A stretch of 55,162 bases of DNA from a virus. Taxonomy: Duplodnaviria; Heunggongvirae; Uroviricota; Caudoviricetes. The notes below the pieces were generated by a model, which saw only the letters and a list, made by a program, of their open reading frames with translations, ran no database searches and was not told the origin of the DNA. Of this stretch, positions 9,220 to 18,354 are shown piece after piece. The position numbers and the translations under genes were made by a program. The stretch lies in IMG/VR virus record IMGVR_UViG_3300029718_000386, one strand, 5' to 3'. The stretch's first letter is position 1. The number at the start of each line of letters is the position of its first letter.

Positions 9220-9373
9220 AATAGATGGAATGTGTATAAAATGAGCAAGAAAAAGCGTAAGCTTAGAGCTATGACTAATATGGAATTTCACGATTTGTAT
9301 TGTTATAACCACATTAACACTTGTCAAACAGATGACGATTCCGATATAGAGCTTTGAGGAAAGGAGCCAATTT

Positions 9374-9655
9374 ATGAGAGTCACAAGAAAATTTAGAGGT
9401 CAGAGCTTACTGGAAGTTGGAACAGAAGAAAGAAACGTTTACATCAATCAAATGTCCCCTGCCACTGAAAAGTGGTATAACGGTACAGATGAAGAGTTGT
9501 ATGTGAATGAAGATACCGGCGAACTTTTCCTGTTCTGCTACAATAATGTGTGCGAAGGCAATTTCATTTGCTCTTTTGCAAACTTTGATGAGCTGGATGA
9601 ATTCGCCAAAGAACATCTTGCAGACACGACACCTCTGGTACTGCAGATAATTTGA
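9374..9655 (+). CDS. Hypothetical acidic protein
   Basis: AAAGGAG RBS; terminator immediately downstream. Confidence 0.7.
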   Translation: MRVTRKFRGQSLLEVGTEERNVYINQMSPATEKWYNGTDEELYVNEDTGELFLFCYNNVCEGNFICSFANFDELDEFAKEHLADTTPLVLQII

Positions 9656-9676
9656 CAACCAATCAAAAAAATGACT

Positions 9677-9706
9677 AAAGCCACCGATTATTTCGGTGGC
9701 TTTTTG
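9677..9706 (+). terminator. Intrinsic terminator, related to those at 10377-10410 and 18378-18410
   Basis: AAAGCCACCGA-TTATT-TCGGTGGCTTTTT. Confidence 0.8.
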
Positions 9707-9800
9707 CATTGTAAAATTGCCGTTGCCGTCAGATATGTTATAATTCATCATGAAATGACAGACGAACAACGGATGTTTTCTAAAAGAAGGAGTGGGTCAT

Positions 9801-9983
9801 ATGAATGTATATGAAAGCATAGTTAAAGGACTTCAAGAAGCTATTTCCCATGAGAACGGTAATGGCACTGCGCGTACTGTAAAGTGTACCGTTAACCCTT
9901 CACATGATTATGGTGCAAAGCAAATTAAGACATTCGTCCTTTGGATTATAGAAGGAAGGGTGGAAATGTTTGCATTTATGTGA
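9801..9983 (+). pseudogene. Truncated copy of the HigA-type antitoxin (N-terminal ~43 codons, HTH missing); upstream toxin deleted
   Basis: 9801-9928 aligns by eye to 18043-18170 with 13 mismatches; own TG-n-TATAAT promoter at 9736-9744 and AAGGAG RBS. Confidence 0.8.
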
Positions 9984-9995
9984 TATAATTTTAAA

Positions 9996-10152
9996 AATAG
10001 TTTTACTATGTACAGGGATTGGGAGAAGCCAATTACGTTGTTGCGCTTGCGTAACAGATAATCATTGGTAAAGCCAAAAGCTTAGTACAGAGAAAAGTAC
10101 CATCGGCAACGAACCCTGTATCAAAGAAGTCACCGTGTTAGGTGGCTGCTTA
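9996..10152 (+). ncRNA. Putative structured non-coding RNA (multi-way junction), family unknown
   Basis: TG-A-TATAAT promoter (9981-9989); closing stem TACAGGG/CCCTGTA around five short hairpins; 3' hairpin AGTCACC/GGTGGCT; no RBS-led ORF. Confidence 0.55.
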
Positions 10153-10210
10153 AGCTTAATGTTGATTCAGTTTACTTTTGCAGAACAAGGAACCGTTCCC
10201 TGTTCTATTT

Positions 10211-10239
10211 TTGACATATTGCTTAGAATCGTATATAAT
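10211..10239 (+). promoter_or_regulatory. Perfect-consensus sigma70 promoter
   Basis: TTGACA-17-TATAAT. Confidence 0.85.
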
Positions 10240-10245
10240 TAAAAC

Positions 10246-10298
10246 AACAGAACCCGACACGCCTCTTAACAATGCGTACCACGTCGGGTCATTTTTTT
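10246..10298 (+). ncRNA. abiF-like RNA element (Abi_2/AbiF-associated structured RNA)
   Basis: ACCCGAC/GTCGGGT stem around GCCTCTT..TGCGTACCAC, a pattern recalled from upstream of Abi-family genes; followed by a U-tract and an Abi-like N-terminal stub. Confidence 0.55.
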
Positions 10299-10306
10299 GA
10301 GGTATT

Positions 10307-10414
10307 ATGGAAGAAGACTTTGATAATGTAATTGATATTGATGAACAAACAGAAAATTTGAAAAATAAAAGTTTGAAAACGCCATCGAACAATCGGTGGC
10401 GTTTTTTTGTTTGA
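10307..10414 (+). pseudogene. 35-aa stub of an Abi_2 (AbiD/AbiF)-family gene running into a terminator
   Basis: GAGGT RBS; MEEDFDNVIDIDEQTENLKNKSL resembles the 'IDEQIxxLKxxGL' start of Abi_2 proteins; the rest is replaced by hairpin ACGCCATCGA/TCGGTGGCGT. Confidence 0.5.
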
Positions 10415-10460
10415 TTTTAATACGAGTTGCTTTTGTAAAGTAAGGAATCATTCCTTTGTT

Positions 10461-10877
10461 CTATTCAGGTGCAAACAAATAAATAGCAACGCACAATAAT
10501 GCCGATACAACTAACGACACCGAGTAAATAATCACTAAGCATTTGCGTGCCTTTTCCCATTTTGGCAACGAACTTTTCTTCGTTTTCTCGCCATGTGCGA
10601 ATCCGTTCGTAAGCAGAAATAACAAATAAAGCACAACATTCCATCCGGAAATGATCGAAATAAATATTGCCACGGGAACATTGTCATTAAAGTTGCCTTT
10701 AATAATAATCAATAACATGATATATAAGATAAAATATCCCCGTTGATGATGATTAATTTCTATCGAATAGTTCGTGGTATCCTTTTTCTTTCGCACAAAA
10801 TGAATGAACAACAGACAAACAATCCATCCTACGATCAGCCCACAATACGGGAAAAAGCAAAAAAAGCCTATCATCAT
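10461..10877 (-). CDS. Putative membrane immunity protein for the Rhs toxin
   Basis: About 4 TM segments; ATGA overlap with the Rhs stop codon; AT-rich like the toxin tip. Confidence 0.7.
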   Translation of the reverse strand: MMIGFFCFFPYCGLIVGWIVCLLFIHFVRKKKDTTNYSIEINHHQRGYFILYIMLLIIIKGNFNDNVPVAIFISIISGWNVVLYLLFLLTNGFAHGEKTKKSSLPKWEKARKCLVIIYSVSLVVSALLCVAIYLFAPE

Positions 10878-13800
10878 GAGCTGAACATCCTTTTCAAAGA
10901 AACCTTGAGAAATAGCTTGCGACTTTTGATACCATGCCGCCTTATGTACGAACAGACAGAATTAGTAATTTTATTCACTCTTTTGTCGTTAAAATATCTT
11001 GTTAAAATAGCAGTAGCAGCAATAGATGCAACAATGCCAACGATGAATCCAACAGCGGGTAACAATTTGGCTAATTGCTTTGCAAGGAACGATACTCCCT
11101 TCGATACTCCCTCACAGAGCAGATCAATACACGCCTTTACAATTGCTACAGTCCAAGCTCCTCCGTGACACACACAGGAAATGATCCCGGAAATAATTGC
11201 AACAGCAGTAATTATAAAGCCAACTCTTCCGAGTTTCTTTCCCAATTTCTCTGCATCCTGAGTGAGCGCGCTAAGTGCTTTAGCTTGTCGTTTGGCTTTA
11301 TTGAAGTACTTGGCTCTGTTCGTCAACTGCTTAACACTTTTATTTGAACTTGCAGTAATTAAGTCTACAATTCGTTCAACCGTATCAAGTGCATTGTTGA
11401 AAACATCTAAAATTGTTTGTAGCGCCCCTTTCCCGCTTGGATCTACGCCATTCACCGGGTCGTTGTTGCAGTAAGCAAACAGATTCATGCCAACGGCAAG
11501 GTCTTTAGATTGCTTTGCAATGTCCGGATCGTCCGCATTGAAAAAGCGATTGACTACCGGGTTCATATACCTACTTTGCAGATAGTACATACCGATGGCA
11601 TGATCGAAGTAATAGCCACGGTATGTCAGCGGGTTGGCGTTAGATAACTTGTATGCGCCAAGGCCGCCCTCTTCTCCGTCAAAGTCGCATTGATCTATCG
11701 CACGGGTGAAATTATCGCCCCAGGCGTCGTAGAAATACTCTAACGCCAAGTTACCGTCTGCGTCAGTTACGCCTACCACATCGCCCATTTGGTTGGTGAT
11801 ATAGTGGTACAGGGCACCGTTCATTAAGAAAGCAGTAGGCTTGCCGCTCTCGTCATAAATAAAGCGGTAGTTTTTGCCGTCAGCACTCTGCCGCCCGGTA
11901 ATGGCACCATCCTCGGTTGTGAAATCGAAAGTAAGGCTATCCTCTATGGATTGCTCGGAAGTGCGAATACCATTCTCGTCATAGGTAAAGGCGGCATAGG
12001 CTTCTTCGTTGCCGTCATCGTCAAGGCCTGCAATTTTACTGAGCTGACGACCGGATTTCCATTGCACATCCAATTCTAGGTACTTTACCGGATTGCCGTT
12101 TGCATCATACAGCAGAGAACTGTTCTCATCAATAGCGGTGGCATTGACCAACTCGTCCTCCCACACATCGTCACCGCTCTTATAGGTGCAGGTATAGGAC
12201 TTGGTGGGGGTTTGGTCGGTCAGTTCGCCCTCTGTATAGGCATATGTTTTGGCAGAAGTAATATTCCCCCGCTTGTCGTAGGTGTATGTGCGGGTAAAGC
12301 CTGCGCTCTTGTTATCGAAGAAGATATTTTCCCGCACCAGCTGGCCCTTGCTGTCATACTGATAGCGGCTGATCTGGGCATGATTATCCTTATCCGCATC
12401 GCGACCCTGACGATAATAGGTCAGGCGACCCTGATTGTCGTACTGATAACTCAAGTACAGCTGATTCTCGCCATAAGTGATGGTCTCTGCGGTGACTCTC
12501 CCCTGCTCGTCATAAGTGCGAGAAGTGGTGCCAAGAGTCTTATCTCCGGCGGTCAAAGTCTCCGTTGCGGTACGGTTGGCGCTGTCTTCCGCAGACTGCA
12601 CCGTAAAGGCGTGGCTGCCTGCGGTATAGCTGGCGGTATTATCCGTTACCTTACGGCTAACTTCCGTACCAAGAGTGTTTGCGCTGTAGATGCGGGTTGT
12701 CTTGCCACTGTCGGTTGTTTCTTCGTTAGAATAACTGTAATACAAGGTCTCCGTGCCGTCCGATGCAATTTGATATACTTCTGTCAAATCACCGGTATAT
12801 ACGGTGCGCAAACCCGTATCCGTATTGGTCTTGGACTGCAAGGCACCCTCACTATCGTAGGTATAGGTGACAAATGGCGTCTCATCGCTATCGTGGTACT
12901 GGGCAGTCAAGTCGCCATCTTCGTTATAATTATAACGCAATGCCTGACCGTTTGCAAACGCCTTTGCAATCAATAAGTCCTTGTCGGTGTAATATTCGGT
13001 GGCATAGTTCTGCCCCGCCACAGTAATGGTGCGGATATACGACACCGTCTGTCCGTCCAATTCACTTGGCTCGATCTGATAGTCATAGGCAAACACATAC
13101 TTATCAAAAGCCTCACGCACCAGCTTATTGGTATCGCTGTAAGCAAAGTGGGTGACCACGCCCTGACTGTTACGCTCGTAGGTGAGATTGCCACGGCTGT
13201 CATAGGCATTTAGTGTGCCCTTGGTACTGTCGGCGTAAGAATCCACAGGTGTGGCGGCGTTTAGGCCGTCCTCACCGGCTACATAATCATCTGTGATTAC
13301 CTGGAGTACACGACCGCAGCCGTCATAGACGGTACGGGTTACGGACGTGGTTTGATCGGTACTATCGTCCGTTGCAGTCTGAGTTTGGCGCAGCACATTG
13401 CCCCGGCTGTCATACACATAGGCAGTAAGGGTTTTTGCAACGGTGTCGTTGGCGGTTAATGTGCGGCCCAAATCGTCGTAAGTATATGTGGTGCTAAAGG
13501 CTGATGTCTCGCTGCCGCTCTCCGTAGTACCGGAGACCGTGCGAACATTGCACAGACTGTCATAGGTATAGTTGGTGAGAGTCACAGTCATGTCAGTAGA
13601 GCCGCTGGTATTGGTAGTGACCTCTTGCTGCGTAACCGATGAAGCCAGGCCATCCAGATAATCGGTCGTCGTTACGGTCAGGGTATTGTCGCTGTTTTGC
13701 AGCTCATAGGATTTGGTGCACAGGGTGCCGTCGTAGCCATACCGGATGTACTTGGTCACATCGTCCGGAACAGTGGGCGCTTTAACAGCATCATTCTCAC

Positions 13801-16800
13801 GCTGCACAGTAAAGGCAGTGGCAGCCACCGGGTAATTGGCGGTAATGCTGTTATAATCATACGAACGTGTGGAAGTGAACTGGAGCAACAATTGATCGCC
13901 TGTATAGACGGAGTAGGTATACGTGGTCTCTACAGCTTCTTCATCGTTGTCCGGCGCGGTAGCGCTGTTGTCCGTACTGTCGTTTGCGGTATCGTCACTT
14001 TGCGCGTTGATCTCGCTATCGTCCGTGCCGTCATTTGGGGCAGTTACGGTCAGGACCAGTCTATCGCGGCCATCATAGGTATATGTGATGATCTGATCCG
14101 GGGATTTGGTACTTGTCAGGCGGTCGGTATCGTCCGCATAGAAATGCTCGGTATCTCCCTCTTTTACCAAACGGCCTCGGTCATCGTAGGTATTGCGGAT
14201 GGTTTCCTCATCGCTATCCGTGCTGGCACACAGGCGCAGGTGTCCGTCATATTCCGTAACGGTCTTGTTGCCGTCTGCATCCGTGGTAGTCACAGTGGTA
14301 CCGTCATAAGTATAAGTGACGGTATTGCCATCCGTACCTGTCTCGGCGGTCAAACGGCCTTGCTCATCATAGGTATAAGTGACGCCATTTTCTTTGATTA
14401 TTCTTTTAGCACTGTCGTAAGCGTACTGCCCTAAAGGCTGCTGATCGTTGCGCTGTACGGCCAATGTGTTGCTATCCTCATTGGCCTGAGACAAGGCGCC
14501 GTCTTTGTAAGTATAGACCAGTTTTGTACCGTTCGGTAGGGTCAGGCTCTGCACCAGATCGTTTTGCAAGACAAAGGTATAAGACAGCGTATCATCGCCA
14601 GATCCGTAGCTAAGTTGTAAACGGTTTTCCGTGCGGGTAATTGAAATGGAATGTCCCGCATCGTCAGAAATTGCAACCAATAATCCTGCAGCGTTATAGG
14701 TATATGTCTGGTCATCCGCAGACAAGGCGTAAGTCACCACACCGTCTGTATCATAGACAGCTACCGTTTGATCTGTTAAAGCGTTGGTATAAATATTTGA
14801 CTGCGTACTACGGGTAAATGCAGTTTGAGAACCGTCCGGCAAAGTGACAGAAAGCACACCATCGGCAACGGCCTCCAACCGGCTGTCTGTGCTCCAGAAC
14901 CAAGTGCCGTCCGCAGGCATATAGGTGCGGCTCAGGTCAAACTGGGCGTTACCGTAAGTAATCGTGGCGTCCGTTGCGCTATGCACAGGTGCCATTTGCG
15001 CATTATAATCCGCCGGTAGCACCAGTTGAACAGAATGGGAAGTCTGATTCTTATAAGCAGCACGGATAGTTGTTTGCTTCGTATGATCGACTGAAAACGG
15101 TCCGGTGTAAGTCAACCACTCACCGTTATCAATTTTATATTGCAGATCTCCACTACCGTACAGCGCCACCAAATCGCCATCGCGATAAATTACAGGTGGG
15201 TCAGAAGAAAAGCCCGCACTGTCTGCAATATTACCTGCATTATCTTTGACTAAGACCCTCCAAGTATTTTGAGGCTGATCATATGTTTTTGTAAATTCAG
15301 TTTTGTTTGTATAATCCCAAGTCGTGCCGCCATCAAAGCTATAACCAGCTATACCAGAAGTGCTCTTTGATACTTCAACTGACAACTGGGTTCTGTCTGC
15401 GCTAGCAATTACGCTAAATTCCGGGCCGTTTTTGTCAATCTTTACCTGCACGGTTGTAGGCGCAGAGATATTACCGGCTCGATCCTTGGCATAGAAGTGA
15501 TAGGTGCCGCCATTTTTTAGGGTGAAAGTTGTAGCAGAATCAGCCTGAGTAACAGTCTGCCAGCCGGTTGGTTTTGCGCCAGTAAGCGAATAGCCATAGA
15601 AGACAACTCCTGATTTGCCGTAGGCACTTGTGGCAGCAGCGTCCGTTGCCCGTACCGTTGCCGTTACGTTCTGATTGGTCCAATCAGTGGTACTGAGTTT
15701 AACGGTTGGTGCACCGGGTGCCAACTTATCAATATTCGTAATGGAAACGGTCTTGGTGGTGGCATTGCCAACCTTGTCCAGCACAGTACCGTATACTTTT
15801 GATTGGTTTGTCTTGTATGTAATGGATGTAGTTGCAGAGTAAGACGGTGTGGAAGAGGTGGCGATAGAATAAGGCTTGGCCGCCAGTCCTGCAGGCGTTG
15901 TCGTGCCATCCACGCCCACATCCTTAGCATTGGAAATACTTACACTAACATCGCCATTCGTCCAAGCGTTGGTCGATTTGGAAAGATTAAAGGATGGGCC
16001 TTTAGTGTCATTAGTATAGTTAATGACTGTATAGGGCCGCATGGCAGAGTCGCTGTACTGCTTGGAGGTAAAAGCGCGCCAGTTGTATGCGTCCTTTTTC
16101 TCCTCCTCACTGACAAAAACAATGCCGTAATTTTTTCGCCCGTTGGCCCACAGCTTTACCGCATTGGCGATATTGAATTTGTACCAATACCCATTTCTGG
16201 AGTCATCGGTAGAACGACTGTTAATATTCCGCCGGGTCATGGTTACATCTTTTACAAAAGACGGCTTATTTTTCCAAGTGACAGTTCCCTCTTCCCAATA
16301 GGCGTTCACCAAGTATGGCGTTACATAGAAATCAGATGTACGCCCGGTGGTTTCACGCTGCCAGGAATAGGCGCTGTTTATCTTAGCGCCAGCTTTAATG
16401 CTCTCCGGCAAGGTGAACATATTATATGCTCGACCTACGCCGTACTCTTGAGACTTACCAAAGCAGCAGGTCACTTCCTTGCCATAGCACACATTGGCAC
16501 TGCCGGAAGCGCTATATACACCGGCGTCCCGGTAATTATTTAAATTGGAAGTCACCGGGTCGATAGTGACCGGGTAGGCTGTATTATCGCTTTGCAGCCA
16601 ATCTTTGCTGACAGAAACGGTCAGTGTATAGCTATGATCACCGGTCTGCTTTAATTGATAAGAACAATCCGTATAATGATCGTTTTTATCGCCTACAACA
16701 TATGCGCTGTCGTAGGCAAACGGTGCAGCAAAGGTCTGCACACATTTTCCGTCGCTGTTTTGCAGCTCCACTGTACCGTCCTTTTGCAAAAGGGCTGTGC

Positions 16801-17485
16801 AATTTTCTGTTGTCAAACGAAACGCAAAATCCGTCTGCCCAGTGAACTTGTCCAGGGTGATCTCATCTTTCACCCCGTTCAGTTGTGGATAAAATTGCAA
16901 AGCGGTGCTGTCACCGTAGGCATTGGCATAAGAGAAAGTCTCGAACTCCTCGTTCAGACTGACGGAAGTGCTCTTCTCCCCTACGCTATCGGTGTTACCA
17001 ACAGGCGCAACGGTATAACTGCCGCCGTCAAACTGCACCAGCACGCCCTGTTCAGCCTGCTGTGCAAAATGGATGCGGTAGTCGTTTTGGCCATTGGTGT
17101 AAGTATAACCTTTAGCTTTTAATGCTTTGTCGGTCTCTTTTACAACGGAAATATCTTTCGTCTTCAGATTTCCGTTCTTATCGGTAAAAGAAATCGGCTC
17201 GGAAAAAAGGTAGACCGTGTTGGAACCGTCTCGATTTTCCAAGTTAATGGTATGAGGATCGGCCAACATCGCGTCTTTATCAACAGCGATAGCACCGGCG
17301 GTATCCACATATTCTGCTGCGTAGGCAGACAGCATGGACTTGATCCCAAGCCAATCCTGCAATCGTGACGAACCAACGGTCAATGTTACCAGCGTACCAA
17401 ATGCCAAAATCACTGACAAAACAACGCTGAGTACCTTTTTCCAGGGCCGATGGGTTGTCATATTGGTTTCATAGAGTTCACTCAT
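10874..17485 (-). CDS. Rhs/YD-repeat polymorphic toxin (WapA-like; DNRLRE-type domain, Ig-like repeats, Rhs core, variable C-terminal tip)
   Basis: N-terminal signal/TM segment; many YxYD repeats; core NPLTYRGYYFD...YYLQSRY...MNLFAYCNNDPVNGVDPSG; hydrophobic tip after DPSG. Confidence 0.92.
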   Translation of the reverse strand: MSELYETNMTTHRPWKKVLSVVLSVILAFGTLVTLTVGSSRLQDWLGIKSMLSAYAAEYVDTAGAIAVDKDAMLADPHTINLENRDGSNTVYLFSEPISFTDKNGNLKTKDISVVKETDKALKAKGYTYTNGQNDYRIHFAQQAEQGVLVQFDGGSYTVAPVGNTDSVGEKSTSVSLNEEFETFSYANAYGDSTALQFYPQLNGVKDEITLDKFTGQTDFAFRLTTENCTALLQKDGTVELQNSDGKCVQTFAAPFAYDSAYVVGDKNDHYTDCSYQLKQTGDHSYTLTVSVSKDWLQSDNTAYPVTIDPVTSNLNNYRDAGVYSASGSANVCYGKEVTCCFGKSQEYGVGRAYNMFTLPESIKAGAKINSAYSWQRETTGRTSDFYVTPYLVNAYWEEGTVTWKNKPSFVKDVTMTRRNINSRSTDDSRNGYWYKFNIANAVKLWANGRKNYGIVFVSEEEKKDAYNWRAFTSKQYSDSAMRPYTVINYTNDTKGPSFNLSKSTNAWTNGDVSVSISNAKDVGVDGTTTPAGLAAKPYSIATSSTPSYSATTSITYKTNQSKVYGTVLDKVGNATTKTVSITNIDKLAPGAPTVKLSTTDWTNQNVTATVRATDAAATSAYGKSGVVFYGYSLTGAKPTGWQTVTQADSATTFTLKNGGTYHFYAKDRAGNISAPTTVQVKIDKNGPEFSVIASADRTQLSVEVSKSTSGIAGYSFDGGTTWDYTNKTEFTKTYDQPQNTWRVLVKDNAGNIADSAGFSSDPPVIYRDGDLVALYGSGDLQYKIDNGEWLTYTGPFSVDHTKQTTIRAAYKNQTSHSVQLVLPADYNAQMAPVHSATDATITYGNAQFDLSRTYMPADGTWFWSTDSRLEAVADGVLSVTLPDGSQTAFTRSTQSNIYTNALTDQTVAVYDTDGVVTYALSADDQTYTYNAAGLLVAISDDAGHSISITRTENRLQLSYGSGDDTLSYTFVLQNDLVQSLTLPNGTKLVYTYKDGALSQANEDSNTLAVQRNDQQPLGQYAYDSAKRIIKENGVTYTYDEQGRLTAETGTDGNTVTYTYDGTTVTTTDADGNKTVTEYDGHLRLCASTDSDEETIRNTYDDRGRLVKEGDTEHFYADDTDRLTSTKSPDQIITYTYDGRDRLVLTVTAPNDGTDDSEINAQSDDTANDSTDNSATAPDNDEEAVETTYTYSVYTGDQLLLQFTSTRSYDYNSITANYPVAATAFTVQRENDAVKAPTVPDDVTKYIRYGYDGTLCTKSYELQNSDNTLTVTTTDYLDGLASSVTQQEVTTNTSGSTDMTVTLTNYTYDSLCNVRTVSGTTESGSETSAFSTTYTYDDLGRTLTANDTVAKTLTAYVYDSRGNVLRQTQTATDDSTDQTTSVTRTVYDGCGRVLQVITDDYVAGEDGLNAATPVDSYADSTKGTLNAYDSRGNLTYERNSQGVVTHFAYSDTNKLVREAFDKYVFAYDYQIEPSELDGQTVSYIRTITVAGQNYATEYYTDKDLLIAKAFANGQALRYNYNEDGDLTAQYHDSDETPFVTYTYDSEGALQSKTNTDTGLRTVYTGDLTEVYQIASDGTETLYYSYSNEETTDSGKTTRIYSANTLGTEVSRKVTDNTASYTAGSHAFTVQSAEDSANRTATETLTAGDKTLGTTSRTYDEQGRVTAETITYGENQLYLSYQYDNQGRLTYYRQGRDADKDNHAQISRYQYDSKGQLVRENIFFDNKSAGFTRTYTYDKRGNITSAKTYAYTEGELTDQTPTKSYTCTYKSGDDVWEDELVNATAIDENSSLLYDANGNPVKYLELDVQWKSGRQLSKIAGLDDDGNEEAYAAFTYDENGIRTSEQSIEDSLTFDFTTEDGAITGRQSADGKNYRFIYDESGKPTAFLMNGALYHYITNQMGDVVGVTDADGNLALEYFYDAWGDNFTRAIDQCDFDGEEGGLGAYKLSNANPLTYRGYYFDHAIGMYYLQSRYMNPVVNRFFNADDPDIAKQSKDLAVGMNLFAYCNNDPVNGVDPSGKGALQTILDVFNNALDTVERIVDLITASSNKSVKQLTNRAKYFNKAKRQAKALSALTQDAEKLGKKLGRVGFIITAVAIISGIISCVCHGGAWTVAIVKACIDLLCEGVSKGVSFLAKQLAKLLPAVGFIVGIVASIAATAILTRYFNDKRVNKITNSVCSYIRRHGIKSRKLFLKVSLKRMFSS

Positions 17486-17644
17486 AGTTTCTCCCCCTTT
17501 TCTATCTTAAGTCTCTAATCTCACCAAGCTTAGCATAGCATAGCATAAAATTGGTCTAAAAAGCAACCAACAATTTTGGCTACTTTTGTCTATTAATTGA
17601 GCGTTCTGCTTTGATCTTTCTCATCTTCCATTTATCAAAATCTC

Positions 17645-17673
17645 TTGACACACCCTATTATATAGGGTATAAT
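17645..17673 (+). promoter_or_regulatory. higBA promoter with palindromic operator in the spacer
   Basis: TTGACA-17-TATAAT; ACCCTAT-TAT-ATAGGGT at 17652-17668. Confidence 0.8.
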
Positions 17674-17696
17674 AAAATCGAAAGAGAGGATATACT

Positions 17697-18038
17697 ATGA
17701 CTCGTGAATTCATCATGACTCCTGAATTTGACAAGCAGTGGAAGGCAATCGGCCTTACGGATAAGGAATTAAAAGCATTACAAGAAGAACTGACAATCAT
17801 TCCAACAAAAGGAGACATAATACAAGGCACAGGCGGGCTTAGAAAAATACGAGTTGCATTTGATAATCGAGGGAAAAGCGGCAGCGCCCGTGTTTGCTAT
17901 GTTGATTTTGCTGCATTTGAAAAAATTTATCTCATTACTGCATATACTAAAAATGAAAAAGAAAACTTATCAAAAGAAGAACGCAAATCAATTAAATTAT
18001 TAGTTGAAGTATTAAAAAATACTACAGATAGGAGTTGA
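17697..18038 (+). CDS. higB: Type II toxin, RelE/HigB-2 family
   Basis: GDIIQGTGGLRKIR...GKSGSARVCY...YLITAYTKNEKENL; toxin-first gene order. Confidence 0.9.
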   Translation: MTREFIMTPEFDKQWKAIGLTDKELKALQEELTIIPTKGDIIQGTGGLRKIRVAFDNRGKSGSARVCYVDFAAFEKIYLITAYTKNEKENLSKEERKSIKLLVEVLKNTTDRS

Positions 18039-18042
18039 TTAC

Positions 18043-18354
18043 ATGAACGCATATGAAAGCATAATCAAAGGACTTCAAGAAGCTATTTCCTATGAAAGCG
18101 GTAATGGCACTGCGCGCACTGTAAAGTGTACCGTAAACCCTGCACCTGATTATGACGCAAAGCAAATTAAAGATGTGCGCAACTCTCTTGGGCTTACACA
18201 AATTGCCTTTGCTGAAGTAACAGGTGTATCTCCAAAAGCGGTCGAAGCGTGGGAAGCTGGAACAAACAAGCCAAACGGTTCTGCACGAAGACTAATCAGT
18301 ATGTTACAAACAGATCCAACCATACTGACTAAATTTGAAATTTTAAATGTGTAG
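18043..18354 (+). CDS. higA: HigA-type XRE HTH antitoxin
   Basis: IKDVRNSLGLTQIAFAEVTGVSPKAVEAWEAG..KPNG HTH, directly downstream of higB. Confidence 0.9.
   Translation: MNAYESIIKGLQEAISYESGNGTARTVKCTVNPAPDYDAKQIKDVRNSLGLTQIAFAEVTGVSPKAVEAWEAGTNKPNGSARRLISMLQTDPTILTKFEILNV

Noticed and set aside
10011..10120. Retron msr-msd interpretation of the structured RNA
   Set aside because: Terminal inverted repeats exist, but there is no long msd hairpin and no RT in the window
12212..16543. 245-254 aa plus-strand ORFs inside the Rhs gene
   Set aside because: Antisense shadows caused by codon bias
17531..17547. (TAGCA)3 repeat upstream of Rhs as a phase-variation tract
   Set aside because: Only three units; more simply read as a TG-C-TATGCT -10 region
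9801..18170. higA repeat pair as a DGR template/variable repeat
   Set aside because: The mismatches are not adenine-specific and no reverse transcriptase is present
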